Assembly: GCA_052279835.1 (NCBI GenBank)
Contig: CP181291.1
Coordinates: 1,408,001-1,472,000 of the forward strand
DNA length: 64,000 nucleotides
Source of the DNA: Microcoleus sp.
Lineage (GTDB): Bacteria; Cyanobacteriota; Cyanobacteriia; Cyanobacteriales; Microcoleaceae
Direction of reading: 5' to 3'
Shown here: piece by piece, positions 39,166 through 49,981 of the stretch
Layout of the letters: the number at the start of each line of letters is the position of its first letter
Numbering within the stretch: the stretch's first letter is position 1
Position numbers and translations under genes: made by a program
Notes under the pieces: model-generated
What the model saw: the letters and a program-made list of their open reading frames with translations, nothing else
Databases searched by the model: none
Told to the model about the DNA's origin: nothing

Positions 39166-40125
39166 GAATTCTCTTTTATTTAACTTATTCACAAACTTCG
39201 CCACAGCACCAACAAATTCTGCGGTAGACTCATAAGGTAAAACATTGCGCCCCGGCATTAATAAACCTTCCGCACTGGGAAAATTAGCTAAATATTGTGC
39301 TAATCTTTCCTCCGGTTTTTCTTCCTTACCAGCTTGACTAATACTTGAAGCTTGTTCTCCCATGATGACGAGTGCGGGGCAATCGCACTTTTGGATAGTG
39401 CTACTATAATCCTGCCGCCAAAAACCCGCTAAAAACGAAAAAACCGCATGACGGCTGTCAGGATTAGCCGCCCCAGCCTGCAAAGCATCCAACCATTCGC
39501 TGTCAACTTTTGCCGCATCCCCAAACAGTTGTTTAATGGAAAAAGAGCGCAGAAATTCGGCGCGTCTGGCGTAGCGGTAAAACGCATTTCCCAAGGGAGA
39601 ATCTAACAAATTCCACACAATTCTTTGCTGCTGTGCAGTAGAATGTTTGTTCATTACTCCCCAAGCCGGAGGCCCAGCCAGCACTAGCCCCTGGATTAAA
39701 TTCCAGCCGCTTTCCTGCTGATTTTTGGCTAAAGCTAAGGCTACTGATAATAAAGCACCTTGCACCAGGACGATCGCAGGTTTTTTGACTACAGTCTCCA
39801 AGAAAAACTGCAACTGTGCCGCCCAATCGTCAGGATAGCAGGCTACAGCGGGCATTTCACAATCACCACAGCCCAAAAGATCGGGATTGTAAATCGGATT
39901 GCTATAGCCGGCTTCGTTCCAGCTTTCGCAAAATCTGCGCCAAAAGACCCTTGACAAACCAACTCCTATAGGATGAATTAATAACAAAGGAATACTATCT
40001 TCAGTTGCAGTAGTTGGGCGGTAAACTTCATAAGCACAGCGATAACTTTGCCATTCATAAAACAGCGTTGGTGATTTTATTGACAAAATGGCTGACACAT
40101 CTTGAGTTGAAGATTGCGGTTGCAT
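39157..40125 (-). CDS. Alpha/beta hydrolase fold protein
   Basis: LLLIHPIGVG, DLLGCG and VLAGPP motifs. The nucleophile elbow reads VQGAL, with no Ser. Confidence 0.85.
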   Translation of the reverse strand: MQPQSSTQDVSAILSIKSPTLFYEWQSYRCAYEVYRPTTATEDSIPLLLIHPIGVGLSRVFWRRFCESWNEAGYSNPIYNPDLLGCGDCEMPAVACYPDDWAAQLQFFLETVVKKPAIVLVQGALLSVALALAKNQQESGWNLIQGLVLAGPPAWGVMNKHSTAQQQRIVWNLLDSPLGNAFYRYARRAEFLRSFSIKQLFGDAAKVDSEWLDALQAGAANPDSRHAVFSFLAGFWRQDYSSTIQKCDCPALVIMGEQASSISQAGKEEKPEERLAQYLANFPSAEGLLMPGRNVLPYESTAEFVGAVAKFVNKLNKREFCG

Positions 40126-40166
40126 ATTATTTTTTTGTGCAGAAGTTAGTTTTTATTATAGTATAA

Positions 40167-40225
40167 GTAGGGGCGGCTTTCACCCTAATAATTTTGGGTA
40201 AAAGAAGAGATAGATAAACCCACCC
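40167..40225 (+). repeat. GTAG-type REP-like element
   Basis: GTAGGGGCGGCTTTCAC...AAACCCACCC, related to 5675-5733. Confidence 0.65.
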
Positions 40226-40251
40226 TCTTAGACTACATTTATTATTTAATT

Positions 40252-41364
40252 ATGTCAGAACAGCGGATAACTATTTCTTTACCTAACTTGCTGCTCATCA
40301 TAGCATCTTCCTTGCTGTTATTGCTGCTGTGGCAATTGCGGAGCCTGTTAGTAATTATCATGATCTCAGTCGTGCTCGCCGCTTCCATCGTACCCATAGT
40401 CAATTGGGCCGAAACCAGGCGGATTCCCCGCTGGCTGGCAGTGATTATGGTTTATTTAGCTCTCATCGGCGGATTTAGTGGCACTGTAGTATTAATTGGC
40501 CCCACAGTCATCGAACAAATAGAATTACTGCTGCGACAGTTACCAGTTTATGCCGAAAGTCTAGAAACCGCCGCCACCAGCTTAGCAAGTCGCTTAACTG
40601 ACGATGCACCAAGCTTGGTGGGACAATTGTTGGATACTCAATCCTTGACTAATTGGCTGATTCGATCGAGTCAACAACTGGTTTTGCGATCCTATAGTTT
40701 AACCAGAGGCATTCTCGGCGGTTTCTTCAGTTTAGTTTTAGCCTTATTTATTTCAGGTTACATGGTAGCCGACAGCGAAACCTTAATTAACAGTTTAGTG
40801 CAGTTTTTCCCCAAACCTTGGGATGAAAGATTAGCAGCCCAAGCTACACCGATTGGTCAAAGAATGGGAAGTTACATTCGCGGGCGATTTTTAGTTTCCG
40901 GGATTTTAGGTCTATTCATTACCACGGGTTTGAGCATTTTGGGAATGCCGGAATTTTCTTTAGGCTTAGGTGCGATCGCAGGCGTGACCAACCTAATTCC
41001 CTTCATCGGCCCGGTATTGGGAGCAGTGCCAGCATTAATCGTAGCATTAGCTAAAGGTGGTTGGGTACTTTTATGGGTATTGCTATTATTTGCGATCGTC
41101 CAAAACTTAGAAACTTACGTCCTCGATCCTTTATTGGTCGGTTCATCCGTAGGAGTTCATCCTTTGTATCAATTACTATCGGTTTTAGGAGGGGTTCAAG
41201 TATTGGGAATTATCGGGGCGGTGATTGTGCCACCTTGGTTTGCAGGAGTTGCTGCTTTGATTGAAAACTTGTATTTAAAACCCAAGCTGAGGGGCGAACA
41301 TAGGTCAGCATTAACTGAGGCTAAAAACAATTCGGACTTACCGCCTGTGACACCTTCGATGTGA
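40252..41364 (+). CDS. AI-2E family transporter
   Basis: Multi-pass membrane protein with NLIPFIGP, QNLE..VL.P and GVHP motifs. Confidence 0.92.
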   Translation: MSEQRITISLPNLLLIIASSLLLLLLWQLRSLLVIIMISVVLAASIVPIVNWAETRRIPRWLAVIMVYLALIGGFSGTVVLIGPTVIEQIELLLRQLPVYAESLETAATSLASRLTDDAPSLVGQLLDTQSLTNWLIRSSQQLVLRSYSLTRGILGGFFSLVLALFISGYMVADSETLINSLVQFFPKPWDERLAAQATPIGQRMGSYIRGRFLVSGILGLFITTGLSILGMPEFSLGLGAIAGVTNLIPFIGPVLGAVPALIVALAKGGWVLLWVLLLFAIVQNLETYVLDPLLVGSSVGVHPLYQLLSVLGGVQVLGIIGAVIVPPWFAGVAALIENLYLKPKLRGEHRSALTEAKNNSDLPPVTPSM

Positions 41365-41384
41365 CAGCAATTAACCACAATAGG

Positions 41385-41522
41385 TCTAGGGGCAGATGCA
41401 CCAAGAAGAATATTTTGCCCCTGGGATTGAAAGCCCGTGCAGGAATTAGTTCAAATAGGGTGGGACACACCGGAATTAACACTTGGGGACAGACCGACCT
41501 CTACCCATTGGTGGTGACATTG
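41385..41522 (+). pseudogene. Relic of the 3' end of an IS200/IS605-family tnpB
   Basis: Translates KNILPLGLKA..GISSNRVGHTGINTWGQTDLY, matching the recalled NIL..GL...TVGHTG.NAWGQ.DL tail of cyanobacterial TnpB. Confidence 0.65.
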
Positions 41523-42139
41523 AATGCGGATACCACGCCCCAAACGGGCCGCAGCCGTCGTTGGGAGTGAAAACTTATTTTTAATCAACATCTCGCCAGA
41601 ACCTGAAAAAGCAGGGTTAGAATTTGGAGAATATACCCTTGCTGAAGGATGCCAAACAGCCTGGGCCTTGGGAATAAGTCAGCGTAGCTAAAAAAATAGA
41701 CTACCCAGATACCCGACAAATTCTGCGAACTCGAGTATCAGAAGTGCGATCGGATTATAGGTTCGATTCGAGACTTGAGATTGGAGAATCAGTCCCACCG
41801 ATCGCTCCAACGCTCCTTTATAAACCAACTAATGCCCATTCTTCCCAAGTCATAAATCTTTAACAAAAACCCAAAATTTGCCTACCCAACCATCGGCCAT
41901 TACGGATATATTGGCGAAAAATGCCTTTTGGCGACAAATCAAAATTTTACGTGTAAATTTGATCGAGTCCGAAAAAAAAACAGCCGTCAACATCTCAACA
42001 AAAAGTGAGTTTAAACGTTCTTCTCCTAGCAAGCACCTATGCCCTACCATCACTTAATAGCAAGTTTTTCCTTACCCGATCCCTGTCCCGTACCGCTGAC
42101 TGATACCCCAACGACTCTCCACCTGTTCCCCCAACGACA

Positions 42140-44641
42140 ATGCAGAAAAAGTTCCTTCACACCATCAAAGGACATTCCTGGCGGTACTTCCTCTCAGTAG
42201 GCGCGATCGCTCTGATCTACTTTTGGGCGTCCCAATTCGCCATTTCCATGCTCACACTGAGTTCAGAAGTATCCCCCATGTGGCCAGCAGCAGGAATTGC
42301 CCAAGTTGCTCTCCTGCTATTTGGGCGTCAACTGTGGCCAGGTGTCGCCATCGGCGGCTTCCTGTTTAGCATGAGCGACCCTTCAACTAACATCGCCAGC
42401 GCCTTCATCTCCGCCAGCGGCAGAGCTTTGCAAGCATGGACAGGAACTTACCTGCTGCAACGGCTTCACTTCAGCGCCGGACTCGATCGACTCAAAGACA
42501 TCTTAGGAATAGTCGGACTAGCAGCCTTCGGCTCTACCCTGATCAACTCCACCATCGGCAGCCTCGTCCAATGTCTCACAGGCTTATCTAGCTGGAGCAA
42601 TTTTGGCAGAATTTGGGCGACTTGGTGGGTGGGAGACGCCATGGGAATTTTGCTCATCGCCCCCCTGATCCTGACTTGGCGTGAATTACCCTCCATCAAA
42701 GCCGATCGCCAGCAGATTGTCGAACGCGCTATTTGGCTGCTGCTACTGCTAGCCGTGGGCTGGCTAGTCTTCTGCTCCCGCACCCGTGCCGCCTACGCCC
42801 GCTATCCCCTGGAATACCTACCCTTTCCCCTAGTAGTTTGGGCCGCCTTTCGATTTGGTCAGCGCTACACCGCCCTCTCCAACTTCATCCTGTGTGGCTT
42901 CGCCATCTGGGGCATAGCCAGAGGTAGCGGCCCTTTTCTCAAACACGCTAGCAGCATCCCCCAAGCACTTTTATCCCTGCAAGCATTCATTGCAGTCATC
43001 GCCGTTACAGGCTTAGTCTTAGCCGCCACCGTAGCCGAACGTCGCCAAGCAGAAACCTTCCTGCGAGCTAGCGAAGCCAGCCTCGCCAATGCCCAGCGCA
43101 TCGCCCAGTTGGGCAACTGGGACCTAGACCGCATTACCACACAACTGCGCTGGTCTGATGAAATTTACCGCATCCTGGGACAACCGCCCAGAAGCTTTGA
43201 ACCCAGTCTCGAAGCTTTCTTGGAATATGTACATCCAGACGATCGAGAATTAGTCAAGACATCCATTGAAGCTGCTTTATTTGAAAAACAGCCCTATAGC
43301 ATCGACTACCGACTATTACTCCCCGACGGCTGCCAGCGTACCGTCTGCGAACAAGCCGCCGTCAACTCTACCTATATCAGCAGCACTGTCCAAGACATCA
43401 CAGACCGCAAGCGAGCCGAAGCAGCCCTCCGTTCCTCCGAAGAGAGATTTTCCAAGGCTTTTCACGCATCACCAGTCGGCATCAGCATCTGCACCCTCAC
43501 AGACGGCTGTTTTTTAGATGCCAATGAAAGCTTTTTGCGCCAGCTAGGCTGGGAACGCAGCGACTTCCTCGGCCACAATGCCGACGAGTTGAAAATGTGG
43601 GTCAACCCTGAAGACGGACCGCGACTGGCCCAGACTTTGCAATCGCAAAATTCCATCAGTAATGAAGAAGTATTAATTCGCACTAAAACAGGCGAAGAAC
43701 GCGACTGGCTGCTGTCGGTGGAACTGATTTACCTGGGCAGCACCCAGTGCGTTTTAATCATGACCAGCGACATCACCGAACGCAAACGAGCCGAAGAATT
43801 CCGCCGCGACAAAGAAGCAGCCGAAGCGGCAAATCGCTCCAAAAGTGAATTTCTCGCCAACATGAGCCACGAACTGAGAACCCCGCTGAATGCGATTATT
43901 GGCTACAGCGAACTTCTACAAGAAGATGCCCAAGACCTAGGTGCCGAAGAGTTTGTCGATGACCTCAAGAGAATTAGCACCGCAGGTCAACACTTGCTAG
44001 CAATTATTAAAGATATTCTTGACTTTTCTAAGATTGAAGCTGGTCGCATGAAACTAGACCTGGAAAATTTCAGTATCTTAAGTTTGGTTGAGGATGTGGC
44101 TGCTATGATTGCCCTGCAAGCAGACAAAAATTCTAATATTTTAGACATACAATGTGATGACGATATTGGCGATATGTATACAGATTTGACTAAACTCCGC
44201 GAGTGCTTGCTGAATCTTCTGAGCAATGCCTCTAAATTTACTTTTTCTGGGGTGGTGACTTTCGCCGTTACCCGCCAACAAGTCCAAACTACCGAAGAGT
44301 CTACAGTATCAGAGCCTGTTGATGGAGGACAAGAAAATAATGCACCTGGGATATCTCTCCCGTCTGCATTTCAAGACTGGATCGTTTTCACTGTCAAAGA
44401 TACTGGGATCGGTATGACTCGCGAGCAATTAGCCAGAGTGTTCGAGCCATTTACCCAAGCCGATTCTTCCAGCACCAAAAAGTATGGTGGAACAGGTTTG
44501 GGACTGACAATTACCAAAAAATACTGCAAAATGATGGGCGGAGATATTACAGCTATCAGCGAGTTGAATCAAGGCTCTATTTTTACAATTCGGCTTCCAG
44601 CCAAGTTCAGCGAAACTTCCACAATTGATTTTCCATGTTAG
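42140..44641 (+). CDS. MASE1-PAS-PAS sensor histidine kinase
   Basis: MASE1-like membrane domain ([15 protein letters not shown]); [31 protein letters not shown]. Confidence 0.93.
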   Translation: MQKKFLHTIKGHSWRYFLSVGAIALIYFWASQFAISMLTLSSEVSPMWPAAGIAQVALLLFGRQLWPGVAIGGFLFSMSDPSTNIASAFISASGRALQAWTGTYLLQRLHFSAGLDRLKDILGIVGLAAFGSTLINSTIGSLVQCLTGLSSWSNFGRIWATWWVGDAMGILLIAPLILTWRELPSIKADRQQIVERAIWLLLLLAVGWLVFCSRTRAAYARYPLEYLPFPLVVWAAFRFGQRYTALSNFILCGFAIWGIARGSGPFLKHASSIPQALLSLQAFIAVIAVTGLVLAATVAERRQAETFLRASEASLANAQRIAQLGNWDLDRITTQLRWSDEIYRILGQPPRSFEPSLEAFLEYVHPDDRELVKTSIEAALFEKQPYSIDYRLLLPDGCQRTVCEQAAVNSTYISSTVQDITDRKRAEAALRSSEERFSKAFHASPVGISICTLTDGCFLDANESFLRQLGWERSDFLGHNADELKMWVNPEDGPRLAQTLQSQNSISNEEVLIRTKTGEERDWLLSVELIYLGSTQCVLIMTSDITERKRAEEFRRDKEAAEAANRSKSEFLANMSHELRTPLNAIIGYSELLQEDAQDLGAEEFVDDLKRISTAGQHLLAIIKDILDFSKIEAGRMKLDLENFSILSLVEDVAAMIALQADKNSNILDIQCDDDIGDMYTDLTKLRECLLNLLSNASKFTFSGVVTFAVTRQQVQTTEESTVSEPVDGGQENNAPGISLPSAFQDWIVFTVKDTGIGMTREQLARVFEPFTQADSSSTKKYGGTGLGLTITKKYCKMMGGDITAISELNQGSIFTIRLPAKFSETSTIDFPC

Positions 44642-44801
44642 ATTTGAGCGGAAAATTTAGAGTAATTGACATTAGACCACTTCGGTAGCAGACTCCAATC
44701 AACCCTCAATCATCACCCCACGGCCGCCGGCTGTGAATATTTAAACTCTTTACACTCGACTACCTATACTTAAGAAAGTTGCTGACAAAGCACCAGAAAT
44801 T

Positions 44802-47800
44802 ATGCATCCTCACCTCCAGCGCCAACTCGCACAACTTAATTTAACCGACCATTCTACCCTTCCAACTGCCGAGCAGTGGGAGCGATTTTTAGAAGAGATC
44901 GGTCAAAGCTATCACAGCAATGACCAGCGGGTGTTGGTGAAACCAGCTTCAGAAAACTCGGAGCAAGAAGCGCTACATTCTGCTCCAGACGCTCCCAAGG
45001 TTTCCGAAATCGATCGACTGCGGGCCACTGTCAACAACTTAGGTGCAGGACTTTTTATCCTGGATGCTGAGGGAATTGTGATTGGTGTTAACCCAGAAGC
45101 CGAACGCCTGTTGGGATGGCGAGAGTCGGAACTCGCAGGGGTGGTGCTGGCTTCGCGCATCGCCTCCAAACAGAGGAAAGGCAAAAAATCAAAGGTTGTA
45201 AGTTCCAAGCCACAGGAAGCAAACAAGAGTGAACAGTCACCGATCGCCACTAAACTATCTTTACCAGAGGCGATCGCCTCTGGTCAACCTTACAGTAATT
45301 CAGAAGACCAATTTCTCTGCCGCGATGGGAAAATTTTACCTGTTTCCTATTTTTTCAATCCAGCCGATGGTGGCGCTAACATCTCCGTCGTAGTATTTTT
45401 TGACATCGGCGAACAAAAGCGAGTTGCTAGAGAAAAAGAGCGATCGCTCTCTATGCTACAATCAGTTTTAGAATCTACGGATGCGGGTATTATTGCTGTT
45501 GACAATAATGGTAACGTGTGTAACTACAATCAAAAATTTCTCGAAATGTGGGGTTTGTCGGAAGCACAGCAATTAAGTCGATCGACTGTCGGCACTCTGC
45601 AAAAACCAACTAAAACCAGCTTTCCCTTTGCCCTGCGCCAATTAAAATATCCCCAAGGATTTCTCAAAAATGTGATGAAAGTGTCGGCTCATCCAGATAC
45701 TCAAATAGACGACTTACTAGAATTTAAAGACGGGAAAATTCTCGAATTACATTCCCTGCCATCAAAAGTAGGCTCAAAAATAGTAGGCAGAGTCTGGAGT
45801 TTTCGAGATGTTACCGAACGCAAAAGAGTAGAAAAAGCGTTGCAAGAGCGAGTAGAGTTCGACCAATTAATTACCAGTTTATCAACACATTTTATCAGCC
45901 AGTCAGTATCAGAAATAGATCGAGGTATCGTTCAAGCCCTAGAAGCGATCGCCATAAAAACCAGCTTCGAGCGCAGTTATATATACCTGTTATCCCCAGA
46001 TAAAAATAAATTTAACAACAGCTACGAATGGTGTCAAACAGGGAGACAGTCCCTGAGAGAAAAAATGCCACAAATATCAGTTGAACAAATTCCTTGGCTA
46101 GGGGAAAAGATAGCGAAATTTGAAAGCTTATACATTCCAGAAATCAACGAATTAGAGGAAATGAAATTATTAGAAGTAGCATATTTTGACGAAAATCAAG
46201 CACCGGAATCAAGCCATACATACCAATTTAAAAATCCCAATAAAAGCTCCCTGAAGTCCTTGGCAGCCCTGGGAGAATCCCTGCCAAATTTTCCTATTAA
46301 AGAAGCAATTAAAAGCCTGCAATCCTTGATAATTATCCCCCTAGTTTGCAGTAAAGAATTAATCGGATTTATCGGATTCGATAGCCAAAAGGAAACAACA
46401 AGTCGATCGCCAGAAATATGCACCCAGCTCAAAATAGTAGGAGAAATGCTAGCCAATGCCCTAGAGCGCCAGCGAGCAGAATCAGCCTTGAGACAAGCCG
46501 AAACAAAATACCGCAGCATCTTTGAAAACGCAGTGGAAGGCATATTCCAAATCACCCCAGACGGGCGTTACATTAGTGCCAACACCGCACTAGCCCGCAT
46601 CTACGGTTACGATTCCTGCACCCAAATGCAAAACGAACTGGCAGATGCCAACAGCCAATTTTACAGCGCCCCCCACCGACGAGCAGACTTGATTGCAGTC
46701 ATGGCTGATGTCGGTGAAATATCCAAATTTGAGTCGCAAGTATACCGCCGAGATGGTACCCAAATCTGGATTGCCGAAAACGCCCGCAGCATCTGCGACG
46801 ACAACGGCAACGTTCTATACTACGAAGGTACTGTAGAAGACATCACCGATCGCAAACAAGCTGAATCAGCCCTCCACCAGGCTCTAGAAGCAGCAGAATC
46901 AGCAAACCGTGCCAAAAGTACATTTCTGGCCAACATGAGCCACGAACTCCGTACACCCCTCAACGCGATCATCGGCTACAGCGAAATGCTTCAAGAAGAA
47001 GCCGAAGACTCTGGGAACGAGGCATCAGTCCCGGATCTAGAAAAAATCCGCACCGCCGGCAAACACCTGCTATCCCTGATCGACGACATCTTAGATATCT
47101 CTAAAATTGAAGCCGGGAGAATGGAACTGTACCTAGAAACCTTTGACATCCCATCCCTCATACAGAGCGCGGTGGCTACCGCACTCCCACTGATCGAAAA
47201 AAACGGCAACATCCTAGAAATTTACTGCCCTGACAATCTCGACACCATGCACGCAGACATGACAAAAGTGCGACAGGTACTACTGAACCTGCTGAGTAAT
47301 GCCGCTAAATTTACCCAAAATGGAAAGATTGCGATCGGAGTCGAAAAAATTAAAAATGAAGAGTTAAGAATTAAAAATCAAGAGGAATCTGGTCAAATTT
47401 TAATTTCCAATTCGGAATTTTTAAGTTTCCGTGTCGCCGACACCGGAATCGGCATGAATCCAGAACAATTGCAGCGAGTTTTCCTACCTTTCACCCAAGC
47501 TGATGCTTCAACAACCCGTAAGTACGGGGGCACAGGTTTAGGATTGGCTATCAGCCAGCGCTTCTGTCAGATGATGGGTGGCACCATAGAAGCCAACAGC
47601 AAATTGGGTATCGGCAGCGCTTTCACTGTCATCCTACCCAGCCAAATCAAACTGCCGGAAATACCAGAAAACACCGTCCCAGACAGCAGCAGCCCCCTGG
47701 GTTCAAATACGATAGGGACTATTCTAGTCGTTGACGATGACGCGATTTCGCGGGATTTGATCCAACGGGCTCTGACTCGCCAAGGACTACACATAGAACT

Positions 47801-48509
47801 CGCCAGCAGCGGGGAACAAGCCTTAACCCTCGCCAAGGAACTGCACCCGGATGCAATTACTCTCGACGTGATGATGCCGGGAATGGACGGCTGGGCAGTG
47901 CTCTCAGCCCTGAAGGCAGATCCAGACCTTGCAGAAATTCCCGTAATCCTGCTATCCTTTGTTGGCAACAAAAGCCTCGGCTTTGCATTGGGTGCATCGG
48001 ACTATCTCACCAAGCCAGTGGACGGCAAAAGGCTGGCTACTTTGTTGAGGAAGTACCGACGCCACCAAGACAACCGGGCAAATAACAATTTGAGCTGTCA
48101 GATCCTGATTGTGGAAGATGATGTTGCCACCCGCAGAATACTGCGACGCATACTAGAAAAACAGGGCTGGGCAGTAACCGAAGCCGATAGTGGGCGCGCT
48201 GCTCTCGATCGCCTAGACGTTTCCCGACCCAACCTGATCCTACTGGATTTGATGTTGCCAGAAATGGATGGCTTTGAGTTGATTACCGAAGTTCGCAAAT
48301 TGAACTCTGGAGATCCAATACCGATTATTGTGATCACGGGTAAAGATTTGACACCAGCCGAAAGCCAACAGCTAAATGGTTGTGTCGATCGCGTGCTATT
48401 TAAGGGAGTCTACAGTTGCGATACTTTGCTGCGCGACGTTCGTTCTATAGTGAATGACAGATTCGATCGCAGGTACGGCTCGAAAGACAAGGAGGGAACC
48501 AATGGCTAA
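44802..48509 (+). CDS. Hybrid histidine kinase (PAS-PAS-GAF-PAS-HisKA-HATPase-REC-REC)
   Basis: [10 protein letters not shown]-box; two receiver domains (ILVVDDD..LDVMMP and ILIVEDD..LDLMLP). Confidence 0.94.
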   Translation: MHPHLQRQLAQLNLTDHSTLPTAEQWERFLEEIGQSYHSNDQRVLVKPASENSEQEALHSAPDAPKVSEIDRLRATVNNLGAGLFILDAEGIVIGVNPEAERLLGWRESELAGVVLASRIASKQRKGKKSKVVSSKPQEANKSEQSPIATKLSLPEAIASGQPYSNSEDQFLCRDGKILPVSYFFNPADGGANISVVVFFDIGEQKRVAREKERSLSMLQSVLESTDAGIIAVDNNGNVCNYNQKFLEMWGLSEAQQLSRSTVGTLQKPTKTSFPFALRQLKYPQGFLKNVMKVSAHPDTQIDDLLEFKDGKILELHSLPSKVGSKIVGRVWSFRDVTERKRVEKALQERVEFDQLITSLSTHFISQSVSEIDRGIVQALEAIAIKTSFERSYIYLLSPDKNKFNNSYEWCQTGRQSLREKMPQISVEQIPWLGEKIAKFESLYIPEINELEEMKLLEVAYFDENQAPESSHTYQFKNPNKSSLKSLAALGESLPNFPIKEAIKSLQSLIIIPLVCSKELIGFIGFDSQKETTSRSPEICTQLKIVGEMLANALERQRAESALRQAETKYRSIFENAVEGIFQITPDGRYISANTALARIYGYDSCTQMQNELADANSQFYSAPHRRADLIAVMADVGEISKFESQVYRRDGTQIWIAENARSICDDNGNVLYYEGTVEDITDRKQAESALHQALEAAESANRAKSTFLANMSHELRTPLNAIIGYSEMLQEEAEDSGNEASVPDLEKIRTAGKHLLSLIDDILDISKIEAGRMELYLETFDIPSLIQSAVATALPLIEKNGNILEIYCPDNLDTMHADMTKVRQVLLNLLSNAAKFTQNGKIAIGVEKIKNEELRIKNQEESGQILISNSEFLSFRVADTGIGMNPEQLQRVFLPFTQADASTTRKYGGTGLGLAISQRFCQMMGGTIEANSKLGIGSAFTVILPSQIKLPEIPENTVPDSSSPLGSNTIGTILVVDDDAISRDLIQRALTRQGLHIELASSGEQALTLAKELHPDAITLDVMMPGMDGWAVLSALKADPDLAEIPVILLSFVGNKSLGFALGASDYLTKPVDGKRLATLLRKYRRHQDNRANNNLSCQILIVEDDVATRRILRRILEKQGWAVTEADSGRAALDRLDVSRPNLILLDLMLPEMDGFELITEVRKLNSGDPIPIIVITGKDLTPAESQQLNGCVDRVLFKGVYSCDTLLRDVRSIVNDRFDRRYGSKDKEGTNG

Positions 48510-48876
48510 AATCCTGTTGGTCGAAGATAACGAAATGAACAGAGATATGCTATCAAGACGCCTAGCTCGCAAGGGACACGAGGTGTTTATTGCAGTGGAC
48601 GGTGCCGAGGGAGTGTCGATGGCGATTGCCAAAGTACCGGATTTGATTCTCATGGATATGAGTCTGCCAGTGCTCGATGGATGGCAAGCAACCAGGCAAA
48701 TTAAGGCGGCTCCAGAAACTAGCAGGATTCCGGTGATTGCCCTGACGGCTCATGCTATGGCAGGCGATCGAGAAAAGTGTTTAGACGCTGGTTGTGACGA
48801 CTACGACACCAAACCTGTGGAATTTCCGCGACTTTTGGGTAAGATTGAACTGCTTCTGAAAGAGGCTATGACATGA
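48502..48876 (+). CDS. Single-domain response regulator (DivK/CheY-like)
   Basis: ILLVEDN, MDMSLP, ALTAHAM and KP motifs; RBS AGGAGG; overlaps the kinase stop codon. Confidence 0.94.
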   Translation: MAKILLVEDNEMNRDMLSRRLARKGHEVFIAVDGAEGVSMAIAKVPDLILMDMSLPVLDGWQATRQIKAAPETSRIPVIALTAHAMAGDREKCLDAGCDDYDTKPVEFPRLLGKIELLLKEAMT

Positions 48877-49934
48877 AAGGTGATGAGAGCAGAGTTCTAG
48901 TTGTTGACGACAATGAAGTAAACCGCGATTTACTGGCCCGCAGACTTCAGCGTCAAGGCCACGCGGTGACAGTTGCTGAAGATGGTGTCCAAGCTCTAGA
49001 ATTGATGCGCTCTGCGCCTTTTGATTTGGTTCTGCTTGACATTATGATGCCCCAAATGAACGGGTATCAAGTCCTGGAAAACCTGAAGGCGGATGAGAGA
49101 TTGCGCTACATCCCAGTGATTATGATTTCGGCGGTGGACGATATTGACAGTATCGTCCGTTGTATCGAGTTGGGGGCGGAAGATTATCTTTCTAAACCCT
49201 TTAATCCGGTACTATTGAAGGCTAGGATTAGTGCTTGTCTGGAAAAAAAACGGCTGCGCGATCAGGAGCAAGCTTATTTACAGGAGTTAGCCGAGGAACA
49301 GGGGAAGTCCGAGCGTTTGCTGCTGAATATCTTACCCCAGGCGATCGCCGAACGCCTCAAACAGGGAGAAATTACGATCGCCGACAGTTTCCCTGACGTG
49401 ACTGTGATGTTTGCAGATTTGGTTGGTTTTACTAAGCTTTCCACTCACTTATCGCCTGCGGAGTTAGTGGAATTGCTCAACCAGATTTTCTCGAAATTTG
49501 ATGAGTTGGCCGATCGCTACGGACTTGAGAAAATTAAGACCATCGGCGATGCTTATATGGTAGTTGGTGGTTTACCCACACCCAGTGACAATCATGCTGA
49601 GGCGATCGCCTCTATGGCGATCGACATTCAAGCAGCCATTAGCAAGATGCGAACCAAAGGCGATCGACCACTCAGCATTCGCATCGGTATCAATACTGGC
49701 CCAGTGGAAGCTGGGGTAATAGGTACTAAAAAGTTTACCTATGATTTATGGGGAGATACAGTAAATATCGCTTCTCGGATGGAATCTCAAGGTGTACCCG
49801 GAGGGATTCAGGTGACAGTTGCTACCTACGAACGACTACGGGATAAGTACATTTTCGAGGCTCGCGGCGTGCTTCCTGTGAAGGGCAAAGGGGATATGAT
49901 GACTTATCTGCTGTTGGGTCCAAAGGTTAATTAG
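48873..49934 (+). CDS. Receiver-domain class III adenylate/guanylate cyclase
   Basis: N-terminal REC domain; FADLVGFT, KIKTIGDAYM and YDLWGDTVN.ASRMES (Lys/Asp, ATP-type specificity). ATGA overlap with the upstream gene. Confidence 0.94.
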   Translation: MKGDESRVLVVDDNEVNRDLLARRLQRQGHAVTVAEDGVQALELMRSAPFDLVLLDIMMPQMNGYQVLENLKADERLRYIPVIMISAVDDIDSIVRCIELGAEDYLSKPFNPVLLKARISACLEKKRLRDQEQAYLQELAEEQGKSERLLLNILPQAIAERLKQGEITIADSFPDVTVMFADLVGFTKLSTHLSPAELVELLNQIFSKFDELADRYGLEKIKTIGDAYMVVGGLPTPSDNHAEAIASMAIDIQAAISKMRTKGDRPLSIRIGINTGPVEAGVIGTKKFTYDLWGDTVNIASRMESQGVPGGIQVTVATYERLRDKYIFEARGVLPVKGKGDMMTYLLLGPKVN

Positions 49935-49981
49935 TCATTTAACAAATAACTAATAACAGTCAAAAAATACAAAAATATCCA

